DNA of 64,000 nucleotides from Devosia sp. (GTDB taxonomy: Bacteria; Pseudomonadota; Alphaproteobacteria; Rhizobiales; Devosiaceae), in contig NZ_JBDSUA010000005.1 in NCBI RefSeq assembly GCF_039927955.1, positions 161,171 to 225,170 on the forward strand, written 5' to 3'. Position 1 is the stretch's first letter; each line of letters starts with the position of its first letter. Positions 1-7,554 of the stretch are shown here, in pieces. A model generated the notes under the pieces. It worked only from the letters and a program-made list of their open reading frames with translations. It was not told where the DNA came from and did no database searches. The translations under genes and the position numbers were made by a program.

Positions 1-360
1 GGTGGCCAGTGCCTGCATGGCATTTTGCAGATTGCTGTAGATGGTGTCGAGCGAACCGGCGGACCCCGGCTTGCCCAGAAAGCCCTGCAACCGGTCCATA
101 TAGGCCGATTGCGCGCTGGCCATCGAGGTATCCGACACCTGTCTTGTATAGTAGCTCTGCAGGCTGGTGTTGAACGCCCGCTGCACCCCGGCGGACCGGG
201 CATAGGTCGAGGATTGGGCGTTGTAGTCGACAACGTTGAGCGCCTGCCGATGATATCCGGGCGTGCCCGAATTGGCGACGTTCTTGCTCAGGATCGACAT
301 CGAATCCTGATTGACGCGCAGACCGGAGATCGCGTGAGTGAGCGACGTTGTTAGACCCAT
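1..360 (-). CDS. flgK: Flagellar hook-associated protein FlgK (N-terminal part, runs off window)
   Basis: Not in ORF track; manual translation from ATG at 360: MGLTTSLTHAISGLRVNQDSMSILSKNVANSGTPGYHRQ..., with the flagellar axial N-terminal motif NVAN..TPGY; directly downstream of flgE. Confidence 0.9.
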   Translation of the reverse strand, partial: MGLTTSLTHAISGLRVNQDSMSILSKNVANSGTPGYHRQALNVVDYNAQSSTYARSAGVQRAFNTSLQSYYTRQVSDTSMASAQSAYMDRLQGFLGKPGSAGSLDTIYSNLQNAMQALAT

Positions 361-418
361 TCCTTGAACTCCTCACTCAATTCCGGACCCGGCAAGTGCC
401 AGGCCCCGATACCCTGCC

Positions 419-2152
419 TCAGCGGATCATGTTCAGTGCGGACTGCAGCATGTCGTTGGCCGCAGTCACGATCTTGGTGCCGGCCGAATAGGCCTGCTGA
501 GTCACGATCAGCTTGGTGAATTCGTCGGAAATGTCCGTATTGGATGCTTCCAGCGCGCCGCCGATGATGCCGCTGCCCGACGTATCCAGGATGGCTTCGC
601 CCGACTCCGAAGTCGTCGCGTAAAGCCCGCCATCCATGCGCTTGAGCTGGTTGACCGCATTGAACTGCGCTGTCACCACCTGTGCCACGTCGATGCGCTT
701 GCCGTTCGAATACGTGGCAACCACACGCCCGCTGTCATTGATCGCCACCGAAACGAATTCGCCGGCGCCGTAACCCGTCTGGTTGACTGTCGAAACGTTC
801 ACGGTGCCGTTGACGTCGGCGAACTGCGACATGCCGCCCGTATCGTGGTGCAGCTCGACGTCGCCAATCGACACGCCATTGACGGTCAGGTTGGAAATTG
901 TTGTCTGCACGATGACCGGGTTCATCGAACCGTCCGCACCGAACGTGTAGTCCTGTCCCACATTGGTCCACATCGGCTGCGAACCGGTCGCGTCGCTGTT
1001 GGACATGTAATAGAGGTTCCAGGTATCCGCGCCGCCCGATGCTGCGCTGTCCACCTTGGCCCAGCGCATCTGCACCGCCGCCGGAGCGCCGTTCGATGCG
1101 TAAACCGTGATCGCACCGCCCGAAATCGAGTTGGACTGGAACAGCGTATTGTCCAGTGCCTTGATCGCCGCGTGGCCAGCCGGCAGAATCGGGCTGGCGG
1201 CAGCGCCGGCCAGGCCGAGGGCACCTGTCGCCGTCAACGTTGCGCTACGATTGCCACCCATGGTGACTTCGATATTGGCACCGTTCAGACCCACCGTTGC
1301 CGAACCGGCATTGGTCCCACCCAGGCTGCGGAACTTCGCCTGGATATCGGCGAGCATGGTCCCGACCGTAACGCCCGCCGCAATGTCGACCGGCGTATTG
1401 GCACCGGCATAGGCGCCAGCACCGCTGTCATAAAAATCGAACACCACTGGCGTACCACCGCCCGCAGTCAGCGTCAGGCTGGCCGGCAGCGTCACCACGG
1501 ATGAGGCCGCAGCGCCCGCGGTGGTCGCCGAACCGACCTTGGTCGCCGGAGTTGCATAATTGGCCGCCTTCAGCAGCTCGCTGCCTGGATTGGTCGCGTT
1601 GTAGCCGGTGTTCTTGGGCAATTGCGGCAGGTTGGCCTGGTAATTGATCCGCGATGTGCGCTGGGCCGGCAGGAAGGCGTTCGACAGCGCGATCACGCCG
1701 GGCACTGAACCGGAGATATTGCCGGTCTTGGTATCGATCGGCAGGCCCTTCAGATAATAGCCGGCGCCGTTGACCAGCATACCGTCCTTGTCGATGCTGA
1801 AGTCGCCGCGGCGCGTATAGAAGTTCGAGCCGGCGAACACGCCATTGCCGTCCGCCTGCCCCACCTTGGGCTCCACCACGAAGAAGCCGCTGGAGTTGAG
1901 CGCGATGAACGTCTCGTTCGACACGGTCTTGATATCGCCCTGGATTTCGTTGGTACCGCGTGACTGCGCCAGCACCGCCCCCGGCACCTGCCGCGCCAGC
2001 GGCGCATCGGGGATCAGGTCGATGAAATCGGTCTCGATGCGCTTGTAACCCGTGGTCTGCGAGTTCGCGATGTTACCCGAGATATTCTCCAGGGCCTGTG
2101 ACTGCGCCCGCAGGCCGGTCACTGCGCTGGAAAGAGCCCCATAAATGCCCAT
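419..2152 (-). CDS. flgE: Flagellar hook protein FlgE (hook-basal body complex protein)
   Basis: N-terminal ISGNIANSQTTGYK, YTRRGDF, C-terminal GALEASNTDISDEFTKLIVTQQAYSAGTK. Confidence 0.92.
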   Translation of the reverse strand: MGIYGALSSAVTGLRAQSQALENISGNIANSQTTGYKRIETDFIDLIPDAPLARQVPGAVLAQSRGTNEIQGDIKTVSNETFIALNSSGFFVVEPKVGQADGNGVFAGSNFYTRRGDFSIDKDGMLVNGAGYYLKGLPIDTKTGNISGSVPGVIALSNAFLPAQRTSRINYQANLPQLPKNTGYNATNPGSELLKAANYATPATKVGSATTAGAAASSVVTLPASLTLTAGGGTPVVFDFYDSGAGAYAGANTPVDIAAGVTVGTMLADIQAKFRSLGGTNAGSATVGLNGANIEVTMGGNRSATLTATGALGLAGAAASPILPAGHAAIKALDNTLFQSNSISGGAITVYASNGAPAAVQMRWAKVDSAASGGADTWNLYYMSNSDATGSQPMWTNVGQDYTFGADGSMNPVIVQTTISNLTVNGVSIGDVELHHDTGGMSQFADVNGTVNVSTVNQTGYGAGEFVSVAINDSGRVVATYSNGKRIDVAQVVTAQFNAVNQLKRMDGGLYATTSESGEAILDTSGSGIIGGALEASNTDISDEFTKLIVTQQAYSAGTKIVTAANDMLQSALNMIR

Positions 2153-2206
2153 CTAAAACTCCATAATACCCTGAAGCGTCCCGCGACGCATGTTCGACAC
2201 AAACAA

Positions 2207-2222
2207 TGCAAGCGCAGTGCCA
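2207..2222 (-). promoter_or_regulatory. sigma54 (-24/-12) promoter of flgE-flgK
   Basis: Minus strand TGGCAC-TGCGC-TTGCA matches the TGGCAC-N5-TTGCW consensus, about 55 nt upstream of the flgE ATG. Confidence 0.85.
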
Positions 2223-2284
2223 GACTCGGCAGGCCTTGAATCTATTGATGAATCAGAGCTTTCGCCCCATGCGCCCCAACAAAA

Positions 2285-2322
2285 CCCGGCAATTGAGTCC
2301 GATCGTCCGGCAGAAATTGCCG
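2285..2322. promoter_or_regulatory. FlbD-type ftr enhancer site(s)
   Basis: Palindrome CGGCAGAAATTGCCG (2308-2322) and weaker CGGCAATTGAGTCCG, about 65-100 nt upstream of the sigma54 promoter; resembles Caulobacter ftr elements. Confidence 0.65.
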
Positions 2323-2375
2323 CCCGCTTGTCCTTGCGCGCCAAGTGCTCTAAATCCTTGGACGATTTTCACCGG

Positions 2376-2402
2376 GTCATTCCCGCGCAGGCGGGAATCC
2401 AG
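2376..2402. repeat. REP-like short palindrome
   Basis: GTCATTCCCGCGCAGGCGGGAATCCAG (ATTCCCGC...GCGGGAAT stem). Confidence 0.7.
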
Positions 2403-2431
2403 TTGCGCTGAATCTCGGGCAAGGGCTGGAT

Positions 2432-3298
2432 ATGCTGTATAAAAGTGCCGATGAGTTCCTCCAGGCGCCGCGCCGCGCCGTCACCGTGTTCGGCATGGCT
2501 GGCGTCGGCAAGACCCGGCTGAGCGCCCTGCTGCGCGACAGCAAGTGGTTTCACTACTCGGTGGATTATCGCATCGGCACTCGCCACATGGGCGAGTTCA
2601 TCGTCGATAACTTCAAGCGCGAAGCCATGAAGGTGCCGTTCTTGGCCGAACTGCTGCGCTCGGACTCGATCTATATCTCGTCCAACATTACCTTCGCCAA
2701 CCTCGACCCGCTTTCGACCTATCTCGGCACGCCGGGCAATCCAGACCAGGGCGGGCTGCCGTTTGCCGAATACCAGCGCCGCCAGGAACAGCACCGGGTC
2801 GCGGAAATCTCGGCTCTGCTCGATGTGCCGCGCTTCATCGAGCGGGCCAAGGAGCTCTATGGCTATGATGATTTCATCGCCGATACCGGCGGTTCGCTGA
2901 TCGAAGTGGTGGACCCGCACAACCCCGCCGATCCGGTGATCAAGGCGCTGGGCGACAACACCGCCCTGCTCTATATTCGCGGCACCGAAAAGGACGCCGC
3001 CGAACTGGTGCGCCGATTCAGGAAAAGCCCCAAGCCGATGTACTACACGCCCCAATTTCTGGTGCGCAAATGGGCCGAATACAAAACCCTGACCAAGGTC
3101 GCCGAAGATTGCGACGTCGATCCGGCTGGCTTTGGCGCCTGGGGCTTTGAAGCCCTGCTGCATGATCGCCTGCCGCGCTATCAGGCGCTGGCCGATAATT
3201 TCGGCTATGTGGTGGAAGCCTCGGATCTGGCCATGGTGCGCGACGGCGATGAATTCCGCGACCTGATGGCCAGCGCCATCACCGCCCGAATGCGATAG
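2432..3298 (+). CDS. Uncharacterised P-loop ATPase/kinase-fold protein associated with metA
   Basis: Walker A GMAGVGKT near N-terminus, FIADTGGS motif; host-like codon usage; co-directional with metA. Confidence 0.8.
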   Translation: MLYKSADEFLQAPRRAVTVFGMAGVGKTRLSALLRDSKWFHYSVDYRIGTRHMGEFIVDNFKREAMKVPFLAELLRSDSIYISSNITFANLDPLSTYLGTPGNPDQGGLPFAEYQRRQEQHRVAEISALLDVPRFIERAKELYGYDDFIADTGGSLIEVVDPHNPADPVIKALGDNTALLYIRGTEKDAAELVRRFRKSPKPMYYTPQFLVRKWAEYKTLTKVAEDCDVDPAGFGAWGFEALLHDRLPRYQALADNFGYVVEASDLAMVRDGDEFRDLMASAITARMR

Positions 3299-3352
3299 CC
3301 GAAAGGCACGCCTGAACCGCAGTCGTTTTCGCACCCCCAATGAGGGTCCATT

Positions 3353-4264
3353 ATGCCCATTCGCATTCCCGATAACCTGCCCGCCCGCAAGACGCTTGAA
3401 GCCGAAGGCGTCAATGTCATGGATTCAACGCGCGCCGCGCGGCAGGACATCCGCCCGCTGCAGATCGGCCTGCTCAACCTGATGCCCAACAAGGAACGCA
3501 CCGAAACCCAGTTCACCCGGCTGATCGGCTCGACGCCGCTGCAGATCGAGCTGTCGCTGGTGCGCGTCTCCGACCACAAGGCCAAGAACACCTCGGAAGA
3601 ATACCTCAACAGTTTCTACCAGACCTGGGAGCAGGTGCGCGGCCGCAAGTTCGATGGCTTCATCGTCACCGGCGCGCCGATCGCCCACATTCCGTTCGAG
3701 GACATCAAGTACTGGTCCGAAATGGTCGAGATCATGAACTGGACCCAGACCAATGTTCACCACACCATGTTCATCTGCTGGGGCGCCCAGGCCGCGCTGC
3801 ACCATTTCCATGGCGCCACGCGCTATCGCATGCCCCAAAAGGCCTTTGGCGTGTTCCGCCATCAGGTGACGGGCGAGCGTTCGCCCTATCTGCGCGGCTT
3901 CTCCGATAGCCCGATGATCCCGGTCTCGCGCATCAACGACATCGACCGCACCTCGCTCGGGCCCGATCTGGAAATCCTGATCGACAATCAGGAGTTCGGC
4001 GTCTGCATGCTGGACGACCCCAAGCATCGGGCCGTACACATGCTCAACCATCTCGAATACGACAACCGCTCGCTGGTCGACGAATACGAGCGCGATGTCA
4101 AAGCCGGCCTCGACACGCCGCCGCCCGCCAACCTGTTTCCCAATGGCGATATCACCGCCAATCCGGAAAACCGCTGGCGCAGCCACGCCCATCTCTTGTT
4201 CCAGAACTGGATCAACGAAATCTACCAGACCACGCCTTACGATCTGAGCGAAATCGGCCAGTGA
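3353..4264 (+). CDS. metA: Homoserine O-acyltransferase (MetA family)
   Basis: [42 protein letters not shown] (catalytic Cys), [16 protein letters not shown]. Confidence 0.95.
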   Translation: MPIRIPDNLPARKTLEAEGVNVMDSTRAARQDIRPLQIGLLNLMPNKERTETQFTRLIGSTPLQIELSLVRVSDHKAKNTSEEYLNSFYQTWEQVRGRKFDGFIVTGAPIAHIPFEDIKYWSEMVEIMNWTQTNVHHTMFICWGAQAALHHFHGATRYRMPQKAFGVFRHQVTGERSPYLRGFSDSPMIPVSRINDIDRTSLGPDLEILIDNQEFGVCMLDDPKHRAVHMLNHLEYDNRSLVDEYERDVKAGLDTPPPANLFPNGDITANPENRWRSHAHLLFQNWINEIYQTTPYDLSEIGQ

Positions 4265-4797
4265 CCCTGACGCCAGTCCGGCTGATCGCCGCTACTGTGG
4301 ACATGCTGGCGGCGGAAAATGCCTCCGCCGCCGCCCTCTGCGCCCTGCTTGGCCTCAGCGCCCCACCCGTCTGGCCGCCGCCCAACAACGGCCCGGAAAT
4401 CCGCAACTGGGTCATCGAAAAACTGACCATGAACCCCGGCACCCTCGGCTGGTGGACCTGGTACATCGTCGCCGAGGTCGACGGCCACGACACACTCGCC
4501 GGAACCGCCGGCTACAAAGGGCCGCCCAGCGATCAGGGCACCGTCGAAATCGGCTATTCGGTAATCGAACCCCTCCACCGCCGGGGCATCGCCGGCGCTG
4601 CCATCAGCCAACTCTGCAACCGCGCCTTCGCCGAACCGCGCGTCAACGCGGTCCTCGCCGAAACCCTGGCCGGGTCCGTGGCGTCCCAAGGCGCCCTGCT
4701 CAAAATGGGCTTCACCCGCTGCGGCGAATACGTCGATCCCGAAGATGGCAAGGTCTGGCAATACCGGCTGCCGCGAGCCGTACACCAAGGCACCTGA
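4261..4797 (+). CDS. GNAT family N-acetyltransferase (RimJ/RimL-like)
   Basis: GYKGPP, VEIGYSV...[17 protein letters not shown]; GTGA overlap with metA stop. Confidence 0.85.
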   Translation: MTLTPVRLIAATVDMLAAENASAAALCALLGLSAPPVWPPPNNGPEIRNWVIEKLTMNPGTLGWWTWYIVAEVDGHDTLAGTAGYKGPPSDQGTVEIGYSVIEPLHRRGIAGAAISQLCNRAFAEPRVNAVLAETLAGSVASQGALLKMGFTRCGEYVDPEDGKVWQYRLPRAVHQGT

Positions 4798-4916
4798 ACC
4801 TCCAACCCGTAAGAAACACAGCCTGCCGCCCTCCGTTCTGAATAGGCCAAGCGGACGGGTTCCATCCACACACTCCCACGCCGGGTGTGGGGGCTCACTT
4901 ACTGACGAGTTTCGAG

Positions 4917-4941
4917 GGAACGATTTGCGCCGTGGATCGCT
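4917..4941 (+). promoter_or_regulatory. Putative EcfG (general stress sigma) promoter
   Basis: GGAAC-N16-CGCT versus consensus GGAAC-N16/17-CGTT, just upstream of RBS AAGGAG. Confidence 0.45.
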
Positions 4942-4963
4942 GATGCTGACAAGGAGCACCGAC

Positions 4964-5191
4964 ATGGCCGACAAACCTCAAACTAAGCCGACTGATCCAG
5001 ATCTGAAAGACGTGGAGCCAGGGAGCGACGCCGACGCCACGGCAGTCCTACCCGCCGGGGAAACCCCACCAAACCCGAACCAACGCTCCCAGCCTGCTCC
5101 GTCAGAAACCGGGGACGGCCGGCAACAGGACGACAATGTGGATGATAACGGCAACAAAGCTGGCGGTGGTACTCTGGATCAGCCCACCTAG
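4964..5191 (+). CDS. Small acidic, disordered hypothetical protein (75 aa)
   Basis: Strong RBS AAGGAG 7 nt before ATG 4964; MADKPQTKPTDPDLKDVEPG..., rich in D/P/Q/G. Confidence 0.65.
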   Translation: MADKPQTKPTDPDLKDVEPGSDADATAVLPAGETPPNPNQRSQPAPSETGDGRQQDDNVDDNGNKAGGGTLDQPT

Positions 5192-5393
5192 TTTCACCGG
5201 CATCCCAAAAGATGGTCGGCTCCCGCATCGCTGTGGCAGCGCTGACCTCCTATCCCATCTCTATGGCGCCTTGCTCAAGGCTTGATCGACCTGCCGAGCG
5301 CCGGACTGCCTGGCGCGTTCACATGCGGCGTCGAATAGCTCTGGGCCAAGACACGCTAGCTGGAGTGCGCCAACGGTCGCAGGGCTTTGGGCC

Positions 5394-5479
5394 CTGGCCA
5401 CCGCCCAACAACGGCCCCGAAAACCGCAACTGGGTGATCGAAAAGCTGATCATGAACCCCGGCACGCTCGGCTGGTGGA
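5394..5479 (+). pseudogene. 86-bp diverged fragment of the upstream GNAT gene
   Basis: Aligns to 4371-4456 with 7 mismatches; encodes [28 protein letters not shown]. Confidence 0.85.
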
Positions 5480-5532
5480 GCTCTACCAAGCCGGACACAC
5501 TGTGCGGCTGGTGAACTTCGAGCGACTTTCGA

Positions 5533-6303
5533 TCAATAGAAGCAAAGGCTATGCCCGAGGGCAACAAGCACGATAACTACAGAACACCCAACTGGCAAAA
5601 CTAGGGAGAGAATTGATAGGTCCAGCGATATCAGACCTTTATGCCATGAGAGGCTGCGCTCAATTTTCTGCAATTTAATTTGTAGACTCAGAACGCGTTG
5701 GTCGATTTCACGCCAATAGTCGTCGTTTGTTTCCTTGATAGTTTTGTACGCCGATAGCATTTCAGACGCCAATCGCGACAATTCGCCTTGAGCGGATTTT
5801 ACGCTAAGCTCCAGAAGTCTTCCTTCTGGGTTTTCCTGCGGGTCAGGCAGCGCCTCCCCGCTCATCGCGCGCAAGCGCTCGTTAATTGCCTTGCGCCCCT
5901 GTAATAGAAGGGAACCCAGCTGCGTATTCAGCAATTCTAGCCTCTCGCTGACAGCGGTTTGATAGGAGAGCGGAGAGAGGTTAGCGATCCGGCCGTTCTT
6001 TTCGGCTCTGCTGCGCATTTCGTCCAATATGGCTGTGAATTCGGCGTATGGCGATGAGTGTTCGACATTTTCTATCAGCGACAGGACAATCACTGCGGCG
6101 AGCAAATAAACGAAGAAAACGTACAGGACCAAGGCCAATAGCCTGCCGTCAAAGCTTACGATTTCGATTCCCAGGACAGGAATTTTCTCCAATTTGAGTT
6201 CGGCGTAGGCAGAAAGATAGATGAGCACCGCTGTTACAAAGAGTTCGGCTCGTACCCGGGTGTGACGTGCCGACCATTCAATTTTCGAGCTTTCGTCGGC
6301 CAA
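5533..6303 (-). CDS. Hypothetical membrane protein (2 N-terminal TM, coiled coil, C-terminal TM), lower GC
   Basis: 256-aa ORF with TTG start in an AT-richer stretch; hydrophobic segments flank a heptad-rich soluble region. Confidence 0.7.
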   Translation of the reverse strand: MADESSKIEWSARHTRVRAELFVTAVLIYLSAYAELKLEKIPVLGIEIVSFDGRLLALVLYVFFVYLLAAVIVLSLIENVEHSSPYAEFTAILDEMRSRAEKNGRIANLSPLSYQTAVSERLELLNTQLGSLLLQGRKAINERLRAMSGEALPDPQENPEGRLLELSVKSAQGELSRLASEMLSAYKTIKETNDDYWREIDQRVLSLQIKLQKIERSLSWHKGLISLDLSILSLVLPVGCSVVIVLVALGHSLCFY

Positions 6304-6547
6304 CCTTGCCCCCCTGAAACGGATTGAACAGCACCAGTGCCCTTACTGCCGCCTTGGGCTTACTCTTGGGATATCTCGCAATAGTCTGCAATGCGTCCTC
6401 CGTCGTCTGAACTTGCCAGAAGAGACGGGATTGCTCAACACGCACACCCTCGCATCTCCTGATGGTCTCTGGGGAGGGCGCCAAGCTGATTGCTAAGCGG
6501 TGTTCACTTATGCCACCCTCACCTGAGCATAGGCGGGGGTACGGTGT

Positions 6548-6811
6548 TTGGCTGATAATGAACTGACTCCGGTGCAATTCCAGGATTATCTACGTTCAAA
6601 GAATGCTGGAGAGTTTTCTTGTGAAGTTTGCGGTGTCCGGGATTGGCAGGAAGCCACTTCAAACGGCGTGATGGCACGTCCTATGATGTTAGCCGGCGCC
6701 GGAATTGTCTCGTCTTACTGTTTGATCTGCGGCAACTGCGGGAACATAAAATTATTCTTCGCCCCCGCTGTTCGAGGGGAGTTGCCAAATGGCGGAACCG
6801 ATCAATCTTGA
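6548..6811 (+). CDS. Small Zn-ribbon protein
   Basis: CEVC...CLICGNCG Cys pairs; TTG start after GGGGG purine tract; lower GC. Confidence 0.7.
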   Translation: MADNELTPVQFQDYLRSKNAGEFSCEVCGVRDWQEATSNGVMARPMMLAGAGIVSSYCLICGNCGNIKLFFAPAVRGELPNGGTDQS

Positions 6812-7178
6812 TCAATTACGGCCCGCTAACGATGTTACGATTAGTCGTAGTGGTAGCATGGGTAAGGGAGGTGGAGGCATGGACGGTACGGAAGTTCGCC
6901 TGAAGCGCCTCGAAGAGGACGGCAAAGAGATCCGATCTGACCTCAAATCTATCATGACGACCCTCGCCGAAATGAAGGGGACGTTGTCTGGCTTGGCTAC
7001 CAAAGGCGAGCTTGGTGAGGTGAAGGTGGCGGTAGCCAAGCTCGAAATCCGAGTGGAAAAGTTGCCGACCATGGGCCGAGTTAGTCTTCTTCTTGGTATT
7101 TGCGTTGCCGCAATTACAATTGTCGTCAGGTGGTCTGAGCTCGGCAACGCCCTCGTGAGCGTCCTTCGCCACCCATAG
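6789..7178 (+). CDS. Coiled-coil protein with C-terminal TM (XhlA/DUF1640-like architecture)
   Basis: GKGGGGMDGTEVRLKRLE, heptads, LATKGEL, EKLPT followed by a TM helix; overlaps the Zn-ribbon gene; alternative start at the Met after the Gly run. Confidence 0.7.
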   Translation: MAEPINLDQLRPANDVTISRSGSMGKGGGGMDGTEVRLKRLEEDGKEIRSDLKSIMTTLAEMKGTLSGLATKGELGEVKVAVAKLEIRVEKLPTMGRVSLLLGICVAAITIVVRWSELGNALVSVLRHP

Positions 7179-7261
7179 CGCCTCCAACTTCAATTGTTGC
7201 CCCCACCACGCCTATCCCCCTTATCCCCACCTCGCCAACCTGCGCTATCATCCCCCCATCA

Positions 7262-7461
7262 GTCTTGCGGACGGCGTTGCAACGGCCAATGACAAGGCGA
7301 CTGCCGGGAGAGGGGAGGACCGTGCTTCCCTTGGGCGTATGGGCCATGAGCCTGGACAGCGCAAAGTCCGGCACTGAGCGTCATCGCCATAAAACCCGGC
7401 GTCCCGAGGCGCTTGACGTCTCACCTACACATTATCTTCGGGACGCCATGCGCCTCGGGAC
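7262..7461 (+). ncRNA. Candidate structured non-coding RNA / cis element
   Basis: Multiple nested stems 7262-7388 and alternative stems 7398-7461; TATCAT -10-like box at 7246; strand inferred only from that box; no credible ORF. Confidence 0.3.
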
Positions 7462-7521
7462 CCGTCAATCCAGTCAAACCCGGAGGTCTCCCCGTCCGGC
7501 GCGTCTTGCCGTCCATGCGGT

Positions 7522-7549
7522 CTTGCATTCAGCCGGCAAAATCCTAAGT
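7522..7549 (+). promoter_or_regulatory. Putative RpoH (sigma32) promoter of ycjXF
   Basis: CTTGCA-N15-CCTAAGT versus rhizobial CTTGAA-N15/16-CCTATAT; ycjXF is a heat-shock operon in E. coli. Confidence 0.5.
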
Positions 7550-7554
7550 TCTGC

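Noticed and set aside
5212-5514. 100-aa ORF containing the GNAT-like segment
   Set aside because: Only 28 codons resemble the GNAT; flanks look non-coding and there is no RBS. Treated as a gene fragment.
6278-6577. 99-aa minus-strand ORF in the islet spacer
   Set aside because: Overlaps both neighbours, no recognisable motif or RBS; likely the divergent promoter region.
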